Source of the DNA: Callorhinchus milii
Lineage: Eukaryota
Direction: 5' to 3'
DNA length: 64,000 nt
Assembly: GCF_018977255.1 (NCBI RefSeq)
Contig: NW_024704755.1
Location: 186,001 to 250,000, forward strand
The number at the start of each line of letters is the position of its first letter. Positions within the stretch are counted from its first letter, which is position 1. A program made the position numbers and the translations under genes. Of this stretch, positions 13,781 to 25,502 are shown piece by piece. Below the pieces are notes generated by a model. It had not been told where the DNA came from. It did not search any database and worked only from the letters and a program-made list of their open reading frames with translations.

Positions 13781-14789
13781 GCTGACACTGATAGTTCTCC
13801 ACCCACTCCTTTTACACTTATGATTTAAAATGCAATTGGAAGTAAATAGCAAGCAGTCCTGTTGCTATTAATAGATTATACAGAGAAGTACAACCCCCGT
13901 GATGGTCAGGATATCAAACATTCTAATAAAGAGTTTGTCTAGCTGAGCAGTTTACTGAGTGACATTGATTACTGAGAAATAACATTCAATCAGGAACTGA
14001 CGTACCATGGGTTCAGCAAAGGCAGACTACAATAATGTGCGTCAAAACAACTTGCTAATATTATCTCAGTCTCAAAAGCAAATAATTATTCTATATATAA
14101 ATAGATGCTGGAATCTTATTATTGGTGGCAATAAATGCAAGAGTTAAGGAACCCTTAGTGACGTGCTAGTTTGCGGTCTGGTTCAGTGTGAGTGTACACT
14201 GCCCCCCCCCAACCAATTGACTTCTAAGTCAGTGAAGAGAAATGATGGGCCTCAACTCAGGAGGTTCTTGTCCAGGGTCAGTGCAGTGGGGTGTTGGGTT
14301 AAATACAACCCAAGTACTGTCCCTCCCACTCACAGGGCAGCCCCAGGAAGGCCTAACCCGACCAGCAGAACCACATCTAACCCTTTGTTTATGACATGAA
14401 AATAGTGCCATTATGTGGTTTGGATGTTGAGGGATATTGTGGCGCTCTTTCTACCTAAAGGTTCTAGGATTCCTGGCCCAAGTGCAACACTTCTGGGGAA
14501 ATTCTTTCTGGTGTTTGGGGACTGGGGGGATATGAAACAGGCCAGTATGTGGGATTGGATGATGTTTTAGGATGTCGCGGAGCCAGGTATGACTTTCAAA
14601 TCTAGTTAATAATAATCCTAACAGTTGATACAGTGACTTTCAAGTCAGCAAAGTTATTCCAATACTTGCTGTGTTTTTTCTTGAGGAAAGTGCTCCTCTT
14701 CCCCTCCCCAAATCCACACTGAATGATTAGATTTCAAGCTGCTGCTGGTCTGAGAGCAATCTCTGGTACAGGTGCTGTTGTTTCCTTCA

Positions 14790-15799
14790 GCCTGTTGCTC
14801 TGTGTGATGTTTATCTACATGCTCCCTCTTGGGGATGTCATCTGCAGACATGGGGTACATTTCCACATGTACGCAGACGACACCCAACTCTATTTTTCCA
14901 CCTCTCTTTGCAAATCCCGGTCCCCTGATGTTCTGTCAGCCTGCCTTTCAGACCTCAGGGGCAAGATGAGCGCAAATTTCTTTCAACTGAACGTCGACAA
15001 GACAGAAGCCACACTCTTTGGCTCTCGTCAATGTCTCAAATCCCATGGCTCTCACCTCCTCCACCTACCCGACTTCCCCCTAAAACTCTCCGAACCCGTA
15101 CGCAACCTTGGCGTTAGGTTGGACCCCCATTTGTCCTTCCTCCCCCACATCCGGTCCCTCACCAGCACCGCTTTCTTCCACCTCCGACACATCGCCCGTC
15201 TCCGCAAATACATCTCTCCGAAAGCCGCTGAAACTCTAGTCCATGCCTTTGTCATCTCTCAGCTGGACTACTCTAACACCGGCCTCCCCACCACTACCGT
15301 CCATAAAATCCAAATCATCCAAAACTCTGCCACCCGCACCAAACTACGTTCCCTGATTACCCCAGTCCTTGCCAGACTGCACTGGCTGTCTGTCCCAGAG
15401 AGGATCGATTTCAAGATCCTCACCACTTGTATTCAAATCTCTCCACTCCTTTGCACCCCCCGACCTCTCTGACTTCTCTCCTCAAAACAGTACCCGTTGC
15501 CTTCGATCCTCCGGGTCTGGCCTCCTCCTCATCCCCCGAGTCCTCCGCTCCACCCTTGGCGGCCGTGCCTTCAGCCACTATGCCCCAAGGCTCTGGAATT
15601 CCCTTCCTCACTCCCTTTGTCTCGCCCCCTCTCTTCCTACTTTCAGGTCCCTTCTGAAGACCTTTCTTTTCGACTGCGCCTTTGGTCACCTTCCTCCCCC
15701 TCCCGCTGGCTCGGCCCCGGGATTCATTACTGTGAAGCACTCTGAGACGCCATCCGGCATGGAGGGCGCTATAAAAATCCAAGTTGTTGTTGTTGTTAT
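14790..15799 (+). mobile_element. L2 LINE, reverse transcriptase and C-terminal part, frameshifted
   Basis: ORF 14723-15472 contains FHMYADDTQLY, NFFQLNVDKTE, VRNLGVRLD and LVHAFVISQLDYSN; (GTT)n tail. Confidence 0.92.
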
Positions 15800-15806
15800 C
15801 ACTATT

Positions 15807-17100
15807 CAACAACAACAACAACAAGATTCCATTTATAGAGCGCCTTTCACATCGGGAGGACGTCCCAAGGCGCTGGACAGTTGGGTCAGGACCCGAGCAG
15901 GGGGGAAATGGTCAGGGTGAGGGGAGGGAAGGGAGGGAGCGAGGAGGGGTAGAGAGTTGAGAGGGGAGCTGAAGTCATGGTCAAAGAGAAAGGTCTTGAG
16001 ACCGGCCTTGAAGGAGGAAAGGGAGGAAGCGGCGAAGGCACTGGCGGATGGAGTTCCAGAGCCTAGGGGTTGAGAGGCTGAAGGCCCGGCCACCGATGGT
16101 AGGGCGGTTGGGGTGGGGCATGTGGGACAGACCGGAGCCAGAGGAACGGAGGGTACGGGCGGGTAGGTAAGGGGATAGCAGGTCAGAGAGATAGGAGGGA
16201 GCAAGGCCATGAATGGCCCTGCAGGCGAGGATGAGGATCTTGAATTCGATCCTCTGGGGCATGGGGAGCGAGGGTGAGGGCGAGGGTGGGAGTGATGTGG
16301 TCGCGAAGTCTGGTGCGGGACAGTACACGAGCTGCAGAGTTCTGAATGACCTGCAGCTTGTGCAGGGAGGACCGGGAAGGCCGGTGAGGAGCGAGTTCCC
16401 ATAGTCCAACCTTGTGGAGTCCTGTAGCTCAGTGGTTAGAGCATTCGCTTTGCAAGCGAGAGACCTGAGTTGAATTCCAGGCAGAGGGCGAAACCTTGGG
16501 CAAGTTTCCTTACTCCACACAGAGCCTAATAATAATCCCTCCAAAACCAAAAACAATAATAAAAATATTGGTCATTTTCAATCTATGACTGTTTGTGGGA
16601 CATTGCCGTGTGCAATTGGCTGCCGCGTTCACCCACAAATATACAGTCAATTCACTTTACAGTGTGTTCTGTGAAGTGCTTTGGGACATCCTCCCGACGT
16701 GAAAAGCGCTATATCAAATGCAAGGATTATTATTCTTATTGAGGTGATAAAGCGTGGACCAGAGCTTCAGCATCGTGAGGTAGTGCCGTAGTCTGGCGAT
16801 ATTTTGGAAGTGATAGAAGGCGTTGGCAGTTGTGGCGCGGATATGAGGAAGAAAGGACCCCGAGGTTCCTGATGGCTTTGAGAGGTGGAGAGTGCAGCCT
16901 TGGATGCTGATGCTGTCAGCGCCTGAGGTGCGGAGCCGCTGACGTGAGCCAATCAGGAGGGCCTCAGTTTTACGCACGTTGAGCTGAAGAAACTTGTCTC
17001 TCGTCCTAGACTCGATGTCAGACAGGCAGCTGTCAGGACATCGGGGGTAGAGGAGGAAAGGTAGAGTTGGGTGTCATCCACATACATGTGGAAGTTAACC
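15807..17100 (-). mobile_element. L2 LINE 3' part, tail-to-tail with the previous copy, interrupted by a SINE
   Basis: Minus frames FHMYVDDTQLY, RLDYGNSLLTGLP, RIEFKILILA, IGGRAFSLSTPRLWNS; (AAC)n tail at 15807-15823. Confidence 0.9.
16416..16740 (+). mobile_element. Full-length DeuSINE nested in L2
   Basis: Same SINE consensus; L2 coding sequence continues on both sides. Confidence 0.92.
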
Positions 17101-18669
17101 CAGAGCCTAGACAGTGGGGAGATTCCCACCTGCCTACAGCAACATATCATAAGGAGGGAGGGGCTGGAATGCTGCCAACACAACTGTGTCTGAAACGGAA
17201 GTGATTACATTGCAATAATCTGTCACCACACACATTTCAAAAGGGAACTGCACAGTAACTTCACCCACCATAGGCCAAGGTTTGGGTTTTTCATAGTTTT
17301 CAAAGAACAGTCCACACATTTGTGCCAAACCATCTCAGAAGTCTACACAAGGCTGGACAGGTGGAGGTTGGAGCTGACCAAATCCAAACAGAAATTAGAT
17401 TATTGATGCCTTACCTGATCAAGATAAACAAGCTCACCTGTCCACCTGTTCAGGCTCTAAGAGCCAAATTGCCCCATCTTCACACATTCAAATACCTCCA
17501 TGGACTTGCCTAATCTCTGTGACCTCCTTCAGACACACTTATCCATCCATTCCCTTCGCTCAGAAAATACTGGCTCAAAGCCCTGCCCTATCCACCCACT
17601 ATTGGCAGGCTGGCTTTGAGCTATTATGTCCCAGCTCACTTGAACTCCATCCTGGAGTCCCTCCAACTCCCTCCCTCCTCGTTCAAAGCATTTCTCATAG
17701 CTCTTTAACCACACTTTCAATCAGTGAAAAGTGCTATACAAATGTAATATTGTATTGTATCTTTCCCCAACCCCCTCAGTTCCCACCCCCAGTTCCAATG
17801 TCCATCCAGCATTGTCAAAAACTTTGAGACGTCCTCCAGACGTGAAAGATGGAAATAGATGTATTATTGAAGCAGACTATTGGCTCCATTTTTAAATACC
17901 ACCTAAGATATTCACAATTATTCAATAATAATAAATACTTGCATTTGATATAGTACCATTCATGTTGGGAGGATGCCTCAAACCACTTCGTGGGATTTAC
18001 CGTAAAGTGCAGTGACTGTGTATTTTGTAGGTGAACATGATACATAGTTTACAAACATCAACTTCCCACAAATGATCATGACTTTAATGACTACTTTATT
18101 TGGGGATTGTTGGACAGGACATCGGGAGAGAGACAAATAATAATAATAATGATCCTTGCATTTATATAGCGCTTAGAAACTCCCTTCTCATTTTGAATAG
18201 TGTCATGCGATCCTTAATGCTCATTTTAACAGACACCACATTGGAGTCTGAGGCAGGAGAAAGAACCTACTGAGCGAGGGAAGAAGGCACCGAGGAGAAA
18301 CTGATGAACTGTGATGTCACTTAGCTTCTTACTAAATTTATCGAAACTAATGAACAGATTAGGAAACAGTAATAATATTGCTATATTGAGCAAAGGTGTC
18401 GACGAACAACCTGTCTCATCACAGCTTAGAAATGATTGAAATGCATTTCCTCAAAGGAAATAACTCTTCCAACTGCGGATTTCTTGGCAGTTAACAGGGA
18501 CTGCGCAGTGCTGCCCTCTTGTGGCCACAGGGCGCTGCTGGTCTTTACTATTTCAAAGCAACTGCTGCTGCTGTCCATGGTTCCAGATGGCATCATGAAG
18601 TTGATTCATTCTCTGCTTTTATTCCATCAGTAACCCCATGCAAGTCAGTGCAGCAAGCTGTGGAGACCC

Positions 18670-18707
<38 letters not shown>

Positions 18708-19002
18708 GACGTTTGATATAGCACCTTTGTCATAAAGAGGACGTCTCAAAGCGGTTCACAGGATTTTCTGTTAAGTGTAGTGCTTGTATTAGAAATAGAG
18801 TAATGCTCCCTCTGCACTGTGTCATTCAATAAAAAACCCTGAGAGTAGGTTACAGCCTGGGTCTGGTCGAGGGGCTGCAGTACATAGAAAACAAATACTG
18901 GAAGCCAGAAATCAATTAATCCTGGGTTTGCAATACAATCTACACTTCCACAGAACCTTTCACATAAGGAGGACATTCCAAAGCACATGACAATTCTGGA
19001 GT

Positions 19003-19329
19003 GGAGTCCTGTGGCTCAGTGGTTAGAGCACTCACTTTGCAAGCGAGAGGACCTGAGTTCAATTCCAGGCAGAGGGCGAAACCTTGGGCATGTTTCCTTA
19101 CTCCACACAGAGCCTAATAATAATCCCTCCAAAAAAACCAAAAACAATAATAAAATTGGTCATTTTCAATCTACGATTGTTTGTGGGACATTGCTGTGCG
19201 CAATTGGCTGCCGTGTTTGCCCACAAATATACAGTCAGTTCACTTTACAGTGTATTCTGTGAAGCGCTTTGGGACGTCCTCCCGACGTGAAAAGTGCTAT
19301 ATCAAATGCAAGGATTATTATTATTATTA
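19003..19329 (+). mobile_element. Full-length DeuSINE
   Basis: Same SINE consensus. Confidence 0.92.
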
Positions 19330-19527
19330 ATTCTGGCTGGGGACTGGAGCTACGGGTTGAGTATGAGGAGAAATTGGAATTTATACACAATCCTGATAAG
19401 ACGGGTTGGGATGAGGCCAGTGTTGACAGGAGGGTTACAGGCTGAGACAGTAACAATGGGGGGAGGGATACAAGCTGAGAGTAACAACAGGGGGAGCACA
19501 GACTCGGCTGAGAATTAACTATTCACA

Positions 19528-20119
19528 ATCTGCAGTAAAAGCGGGGTCTCCTTGGGGCTGAACTGGCTCCAAGCTGACAAGCTTGGCAATAGAATGTGAG
19601 AATCGAGCCAGCCCTCTGTGCTGGTTTCTAGTCCAGTTCCTGAGCCAGATGGGTCCACATTATTCTAGGGCATTGCTGATGACAGCACAGCCCAGCCTGG
19701 CTGATCAGCAGAACTTGGAAGGTCAGACCAGTCACTGGGAGCAGGGAATCATCCCACTCAGCTCCTGTTAACCCTGCATGCCAAAGCCCTAATGGTACTA
19801 GCTGGACGAGCAGTGGGAAAGCTTGCCAGACAGCAATATCAATGGCAAGCTATACAGTTTTAGTTGGTTAGACTCCAGCAGGTTCCCCAACGTACAATCT
19901 GGGCTATCCCCAAGCTTTGGCTTTTGCCAACATGAGTCTATTACTTTCCAGTTTATGTAAGCAGGATGTTTCCCTCCAGGGAGTGAGTGTGCATTTTATT
20001 CCAACAATCTATCTCTGGGATTTCCAGGTGTAGGTGGGATGCATGGAAATCTCAGCTCGGTTTGGAAACTCTTAAACACAGTGATGGGTGTCAGACACAC
20101 TGGTGGGCAAAACAAAAAC
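19528..20119 (+). repeat. Unclassified interspersed repeat (other copies at about 43690-43846 plus 44660-44760, 48510-48750, and 57500-57900 on the minus strand)
   Basis: Shared blocks such as CAGTCACTGGG.CAGGGAATC.TCCCACTCAGCTCCTGTTAACCCT and GGAAAGCTTGCCAGA..ATGGCAAGC recur at these positions. Confidence 0.75.
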
Positions 20120-20429
20120 CTGGAAAAATCCAAATCTTAAGTGAATATTTACTTTTGATTGAACACATCCTGGGGATTAATAAGTGTCAGATTTATTTGT
20201 TTGAAATAAATATTTTCCTGTAATTAGCTGCTGCAGTGCTGTTGCTGTATGCAATATCCTCTGGTCCGGGTGTCAACACACACAGGTCAGAGTGGGAGGG
20301 GCTGCCCTCTGCCTCCTTCTCAGGTATCAGGATCATTGACAACACGGAAATGGACAGGATTTTTCCCCATTGGGGTTTCCAGTGGGAAAAGACATGCATA
20401 AAAGTGCGGCTGAGCCCAGCAGACAGACA
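20120..20429 (+). promoter_or_regulatory. IL17C proximal promoter with kB-like sites and a TATA-like box (left arm of an inverted repeat)
   Basis: GGATTTTTCCCC at 20357-20368, TGGGGTTTCC at 20371-20380, CATAAAA at 20397-20403, about 85 bp before the ATG. Confidence 0.75.
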
Positions 20430-20485
20430 CTCACCCGTCATCACAGGGAGAGCGAGCAGCCAAAGGCAATAAGCTGTCACTGGCA

Positions 20486-21534
20486 ATGAAATCCCTGGGG
20501 CTGAAGGTAGGAATGAAACCCAAAGAACAACAGCGGCTCAAAGGCTAAACTTCAGAGAACTTTTAAACCAACAACAGCTTTGTATCCAGTCCGGCGGCTC
20601 TGTCTCTCAGCTTCTGATGTGTGTCTCTGTGTCTCTCCCACCAGCTCCTGTTCCTGACCCTCGCCCTGGCGGCGGCGATGTGTGCCGGGAGGAGGGAGAA
20701 GCGGGTCAGAGAGGATCGGTGCTGGGGCCCCGGGCAGCCGACGGAGAGAGCGCTGCGGCTGTCGGGCCGGACCGGCGCTTGGGTCCGTTTCCCTTCGGTT
20801 TACTTGGTGGAGAAGTTGGAAACTCGCGGCGGCCACAGGCGCCACCACTCAGCCCAGGACTGCCCCAAACTACTGCAACCGGGCAGCTCGGACCCCAGTC
20901 ACCGCTCCATCTCTCCCTGGACATACAGGTAGGTGTCCAACAGCACAGACTGGGGTCAGGGACTCGCTCACAGCACAGCCCGAGAGGCCATACATTGGGC
21001 TCGGGGTCGGGGTGACATCCAGCGCTAATCCTTCACATAAAACCGAGCCTTCCTGGTGGGAAGCCGCTCCCGGGCGCTTCACGGCTTTAACTGTAAACTT
21101 CAGTGACTGGGTTTGTCGATCAGTGAGTGCGCGTCACTGTCCCACATACAGACATTGAGACACAGATACACACAGTGTAGAGCCCAACTCCTGCCCAGAA
21201 GTCACTGGTGGGTGTCAGAGCTCCGTCACTGCCGAGTGCTGCGGGACGTGTTGTTGACTTGTGCGGCTGTGATTGTAGGATTGACTACGACGAGAACAGA
21301 TTCCCGGAGAAGTTGGCGTTTGCCGAATGTCTGTGTAAAGGCTGCATCAACACCGCGTCGGGACTCGAGGAGCATCACCTGAACTCGGTGCTTCTGGAGC
21401 AAACCATGATGGTCCTGCGGCGCCGGCCTTGCCCCCACGACCCCCACCTGTACAGCTTTCAGATGCATTACATCCGAGTGCCGGTGGGCTGTACCTGTGT
21501 ACTGCCTCGCAAGCACACACTTCCCTCGGCGTGA
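20486..21534 (+). CDS. IL17C: Interleukin-17C
   Basis: Exons 20486-20506 (MKSLGLK), 20645-20928 (signal peptide LLFLTLALAAAMCA to RSISPWTYR) and 21279-21534 (IDYDENRFPEKLAFAECLCKGC..LNSV..VLRR..VPVGCTCV). IL-17 cystine-knot motifs; adjacency to ZC3H18 as in human supports the C subtype. Confidence 0.93.
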
Positions 21535-21614
21535 ATTCACACTCATCGGGTCTGGTTCTTATCAAACATGTCGGGATTTTATGAAAGAGTCCAACCGGGC
21601 GGCACCTGACTCAG

Positions 21615-21962
21615 GTGTGTGTGTGACTGTGGGTGTGTGTGAGAGAGAATATGTGTGAGATTGTGTAACTGTGTGTATGACTGTGTGTGACTGTGTGTGG
21701 GTGTGACTGTGTGTGTGTGAGACAGAGAGAATATGTGTGAGATTGTGTAACTGTGTGTGTGAGACTGTGGGTGTGTGTGGGTGGGTGTGACTGTGTGTGT
21801 GTGAGACTGTGGGTGAGACTGTGTGTGGGTGTGACTGTGTGTGTGTGAGACTGTGGGTGACTGTGTGTGTGAGACTGTGGGTGAGACTGTGTGTGGGTGT
21901 GACTGTGTGTGTGTGAGACTGTGGGTGACTGTGTGTGTGTGTGGGTGTGTGTGTGTGTGACT
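21615..21962. repeat. (GTGACT(GT)n) TG-rich minisatellite in the IL17C 3'UTR
   Basis: Directly visible. Confidence 0.9.
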
Positions 21963-22058
21963 GGGTGTTTGACTTGCCGGAACCTGCACATCGCTGGCGT
22001 CTCCCTGATCCCCTGAATTAATAGGTGTGAAACCTATTGAAGCAGCTTATAGCAGTTG

Positions 22059-22118
22059 ATTTACTTTATTTATAAAGTTTATTTATAAATCAGCTATTTA
22101 TTTATTTATGTATTTATT
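22059..22118 (+). promoter_or_regulatory. AU-rich element cluster in the IL17C 3'UTR
   Basis: Overlapping ATTTA pentamers (TATTTATTTATTTAT), typical of cytokine mRNAs. Confidence 0.8.
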
Positions 22119-22461
22119 GTTGTGTTTGTGGGAAGGGGGAGACCCGGGCTGTGTGTAGACACCGTTTCTCTGGGACCTGAAGCTTTGGCTGTCTGCCTGG
22201 ACTCTCAATGTGTTGAATACATGTGTATTTGATATTGTATGTCATTGTGTGACTAGTGATCTGCTTAATTTTTAAAAGTTATTTATTACAAACTGTGCCA
22301 TTTTCTGTCTGAGCACCTCGTGTTTCGGAAGGGAACATAATTGTATTTATGGACTGTAACTTTATTCCGTATTAAATTAGGATAACGCCTGTTATCGTCT
22401 TCATGTAATGAGTCTATGACTTGGTGATTGTCGACATGACGTTTTGTTAAAATCCATTAAA

Positions 22462-22467
22462 AATAAA
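22462..22467 (+). terminator. IL17C polyadenylation signal
   Basis: AATAAA preceded by ATTAAA and followed by a GT-rich downstream element. Confidence 0.75.
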
Positions 22468-22632
22468 GATATTGTATCTGGAGCAGTTTGTGGTGTGAAC
22501 TTTATGATGTGGTGTGAGCCTGTGATTGCTCACAAAATACTCTACACTACACTTTACGAAGCACTTTGAGACGTCTCGAAGATGTGATGAAGCACTATAT
22601 CAAATTCAAGGATTATTATTATCCTGTCCTGA

Positions 22633-22943
22633 TGTCTGTCTGCTAGACTCAGCCGCACTTTTATGCATGTCTTTTCCCACTGGAAACCCCAATGGGGAAA
22701 AATCCTGTCCATTTCCGTGTTGTCAATGATCCTGATACCTGAGAAGGAGGCAGAGGGCAGCCCCTCCCACTCTGACCTGTGTGTGTTGACACCCGGACCA
22801 GAGGATATTACATACAGCAACAGCACTGCAGCAGCTAATTACAGGGAAATATTTTATTTGAAGCAAATAAATCTGACACTTATTAATCCCCAGGATGTGT
22901 TCAACCAAAAGTAAATATTCACTTAAGATTTTGATGTTTCCAG
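22633..22943 (-). repeat. Inverted duplicate of the IL17C promoter (right arm)
   Basis: Reverse complement of 20120-20429 with about 10 differences by manual alignment. Confidence 0.95.
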
Positions 22944-22964
22944 TGTGTGAATAGTTAATTCTGT

Positions 22965-23095
22965 GCTGTTACTCTCTCAGCCTGTACCCCTCGCCCCATT
23001 GTTACTCTCTCAGCCTGTACCCCTCGCCCCATTGTTACTCTCTCAGCCTGTACCCCTCGCCCCATTGTTACTCTCTCAGCCTGTACCCCTCTCTC
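22965..23095. repeat. 33-bp tandem repeat (CTCTCAGCCTGTACCCCTCGCCCCATTGTTACT), about 4 copies
   Basis: Directly visible; a degenerate reverse-complement homologue lies at about 19435-19495. Confidence 0.9.
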
Positions 23096-24394
23096 CATTG
23101 AGACTGACTGACCTGGTCCCAACCTGTTTTACTCTCTCCTACAACCATCCCCTGAACCCAGTCTGGTCAGGTTCATGTCCTAGAGACACAGGTTTGGGAG
23201 TGGGTGCCCGGGTGGGAGTCAGATTTCTCCATCCTCTTTCTCCCCTGTTCCCCTCCCTCACTGGCTTCTGTGGCCTGGGTATTGGTGATTCCATGTGTTG
23301 GGTCCAGGCTCCACATTATACACTGCTCTCCCAGGCCACAGGGGACAATGTGGCTTTCAATCTAAACACATATGCTGGGAGGCTGGTGTTGGGGAGGGAT
23401 GTGATAACTATTTTTTTTTATCGAATTTACAACCTTCATTAGCCAACAAGATGTACATCTCTGGGAAATGGTCCTTCATCATGTGTGAAACCCCAGTGAA
23501 ACAAATAGGTACAGTCCCCACTTCTCCTGACCTCCCCCATCTCCCCGTTTATTCTGCCCCAGAATTCCCCCAGATGCTCTGCTCCTAGCCAGTGTGAGGA
23601 CCACATGTCTCAGGCCAGGGATTAGGATACACAGAGCAACTTTGTTCTCATCCTGATCATTCCTCTCAGGGAGTTCCCAAAGGAAGGATTGGGAGCCAAG
23701 GGTTGGGATTTTCCCACTGGCTGTCATATTTGTTTCCCAACAGCTACAGGGAAGGATGAAGAGGCCAGGACACTGACCTCATCTAAAAAATGGCTTGATG
23801 CTGAGTTGGGCAGAATGTAGAGGAAATATACTGGGAAAATTAGATCAAAGAGGCTGAAAGGCCTTCTTCAAATTAACCTCTTTTGTGAAGAATATTTCTG
23901 GTTGAGTCTCTGTGTTTATATCTGTGTTTGTGTCTGAATATCTGTGTGTGTGTGTGTGTGTATATCTGTGTGTGGCTGTATCTGTGTGTGTGTTTATATA
24001 TGTATGCAAGTTTGTGTGTATCTGTATATGTGTGTACTTGTATCTGTGTGTGGTCTGTTTGTGTGGAGCGGTTGGGGGCAGGAATCTGCTGTTAAGTGAG
24101 GCCATGGGTTGGTGATGCTGTGTGCTGAGCCTGTTCACTCTGGCTGAGGAGAGGCACTGACTGGGCTCATCATTGGTCTAAGTGACAGGAGGGGCAGGAG
24201 GGGAGTGTCATGGGAATTCTCAAACCTGAGCCACTATAACTTTCCACAGATGCATGGAATGAGTCAGAGCTGAAGGAATGTGTGAGACCATGACTGGGAT
24301 TGGCTGCAGGATGAGCTAACACTGTAGTTAAATTCCACTTGTAGCAAAATCACAACTTCAGGCTGTGTGAGCTGCTCCAGGAAGTGGGCTCTCA

Positions 24395-24556
24395 GTCGCT
24401 TTTTTTCGAGACTGAGGTGGATAGATATCTGTCAGGTTAGGGTGTTAAGGGATATGGGGCAAGGGGAGGTAATTGGAGTTGAAGTACAGATCAGCCATGA
24501 TCTAAAAGAACAGGCTTGAGGGGCTGAATGGCCTTCTCCTGTTCCTATGTTTCTGT
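24395..24556 (+). mobile_element. CR1 (shark HER1-type) LINE 3' tail
   Basis: AAGGGATATGGGG..AGATCAGCCATGATCT..GGCTTGAGGGGCTGAATGGCCTTCTCCTGTTCCTATGTT; a minus-strand copy lies at about 28915-29022. Confidence 0.7.
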
Positions 24557-24564
24557 ATATATAC

Positions 24565-25502
24565 AATACAAAATTGCATTTGTAAAGCACCTTTCACATC
24601 AGGATACGTCCCAAGGCACTGAACAATCAGGGATTAGGACCCGAGCTTGGGGTGGGGGGGCAGAGAGAATAAAAAGGTGGCTGAAGGCACAGTCGAAGGG
24701 GAGGGTCTTGAGGTGTGCCTTGAAGGAGTCAAGGGAGGGTGCTGGCGAAGGGAATGTGGAATGGTGTTCCAGACGGTTGGGGCAGAGAGCCTGAAGATCC
24801 AACCACCGATGGTGGGGTAGGCAGGGTGGGGGACATAGAGCAGACTGGAGCCTGCTGAGCGGAGGGACTGGACAGGTTGATAAGGGGTTAGCAGGTCGGA
24901 GAGGTAGAAGGGGGCAAGGCCACAGAGTGCTTTGAAGGCGAAGATGAGAATTTTGAACTCGATCCTCCGCGGGATGGGGAGCCGGGTGAGGGTGGGGTGA
25001 TGGGTTCATGGAGCCTGGTGCGGGAGAGGACACAAGCTGCAGAGTTCTGGGTGATCTGCAGCTTGTGGGGGGAAGAGTTGAGGAAGCCGACAAGCAGGAG
25101 GTTGGCATAGTGGAGCCTGGTTGTAATGAAGGCATGTATGAGAGTTTTGGCGGCCTGAGGGGTGAGGCAGTGGCTGAGTGGGGCGATATTGCGGAGGCAG
25201 GGAAAGACAGAGCGGGTCATGGCACGGATGTGGGGGAGAAAGGACAGTTGAGGGTTGAACAAGATGCCCAGGTCCCTGACTGGCTTGGTGAGGTGGAGTG
25301 TGCATCCATGGATGCTGATGCTGCTAGTGCCTGAGGTGCAGAGGCCCTGGAGCGAGCCAATCGGGAGAGCCTTGTCTTGCTGACGTTCAACTAGAAAGTT
25401 GGTTCTCATCCAGGACTTCATGTCTGACAGGCAGTTTGTCAGGACATTAGTGCTCTTGGGGTCAAGGGTGGAGGCAGAGAGATAGAGTTGGGTGTCATCC
25501 GC
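24565..25502 (-). mobile_element. L2 LINE, RT and C-terminal part
   Basis: ORF 24888-25514 with ADDTQLY, KSWMRTNFL, VRDLGILF, LIHAFITTRLHYAN. Confidence 0.92.

Noticed and set aside
14723-15472. 249-aa reverse transcriptase ORF as an active or domesticated gene
   Set aside because: 5'-truncated, internally deleted and frameshifted L2 fragment.
20236-20472. Duplicated short ORF (MLLLYAISSGPG...) also at 22554-22826
   Set aside because: By-product of the inverted promoter duplication; non-ATG start and no recognisable domain.
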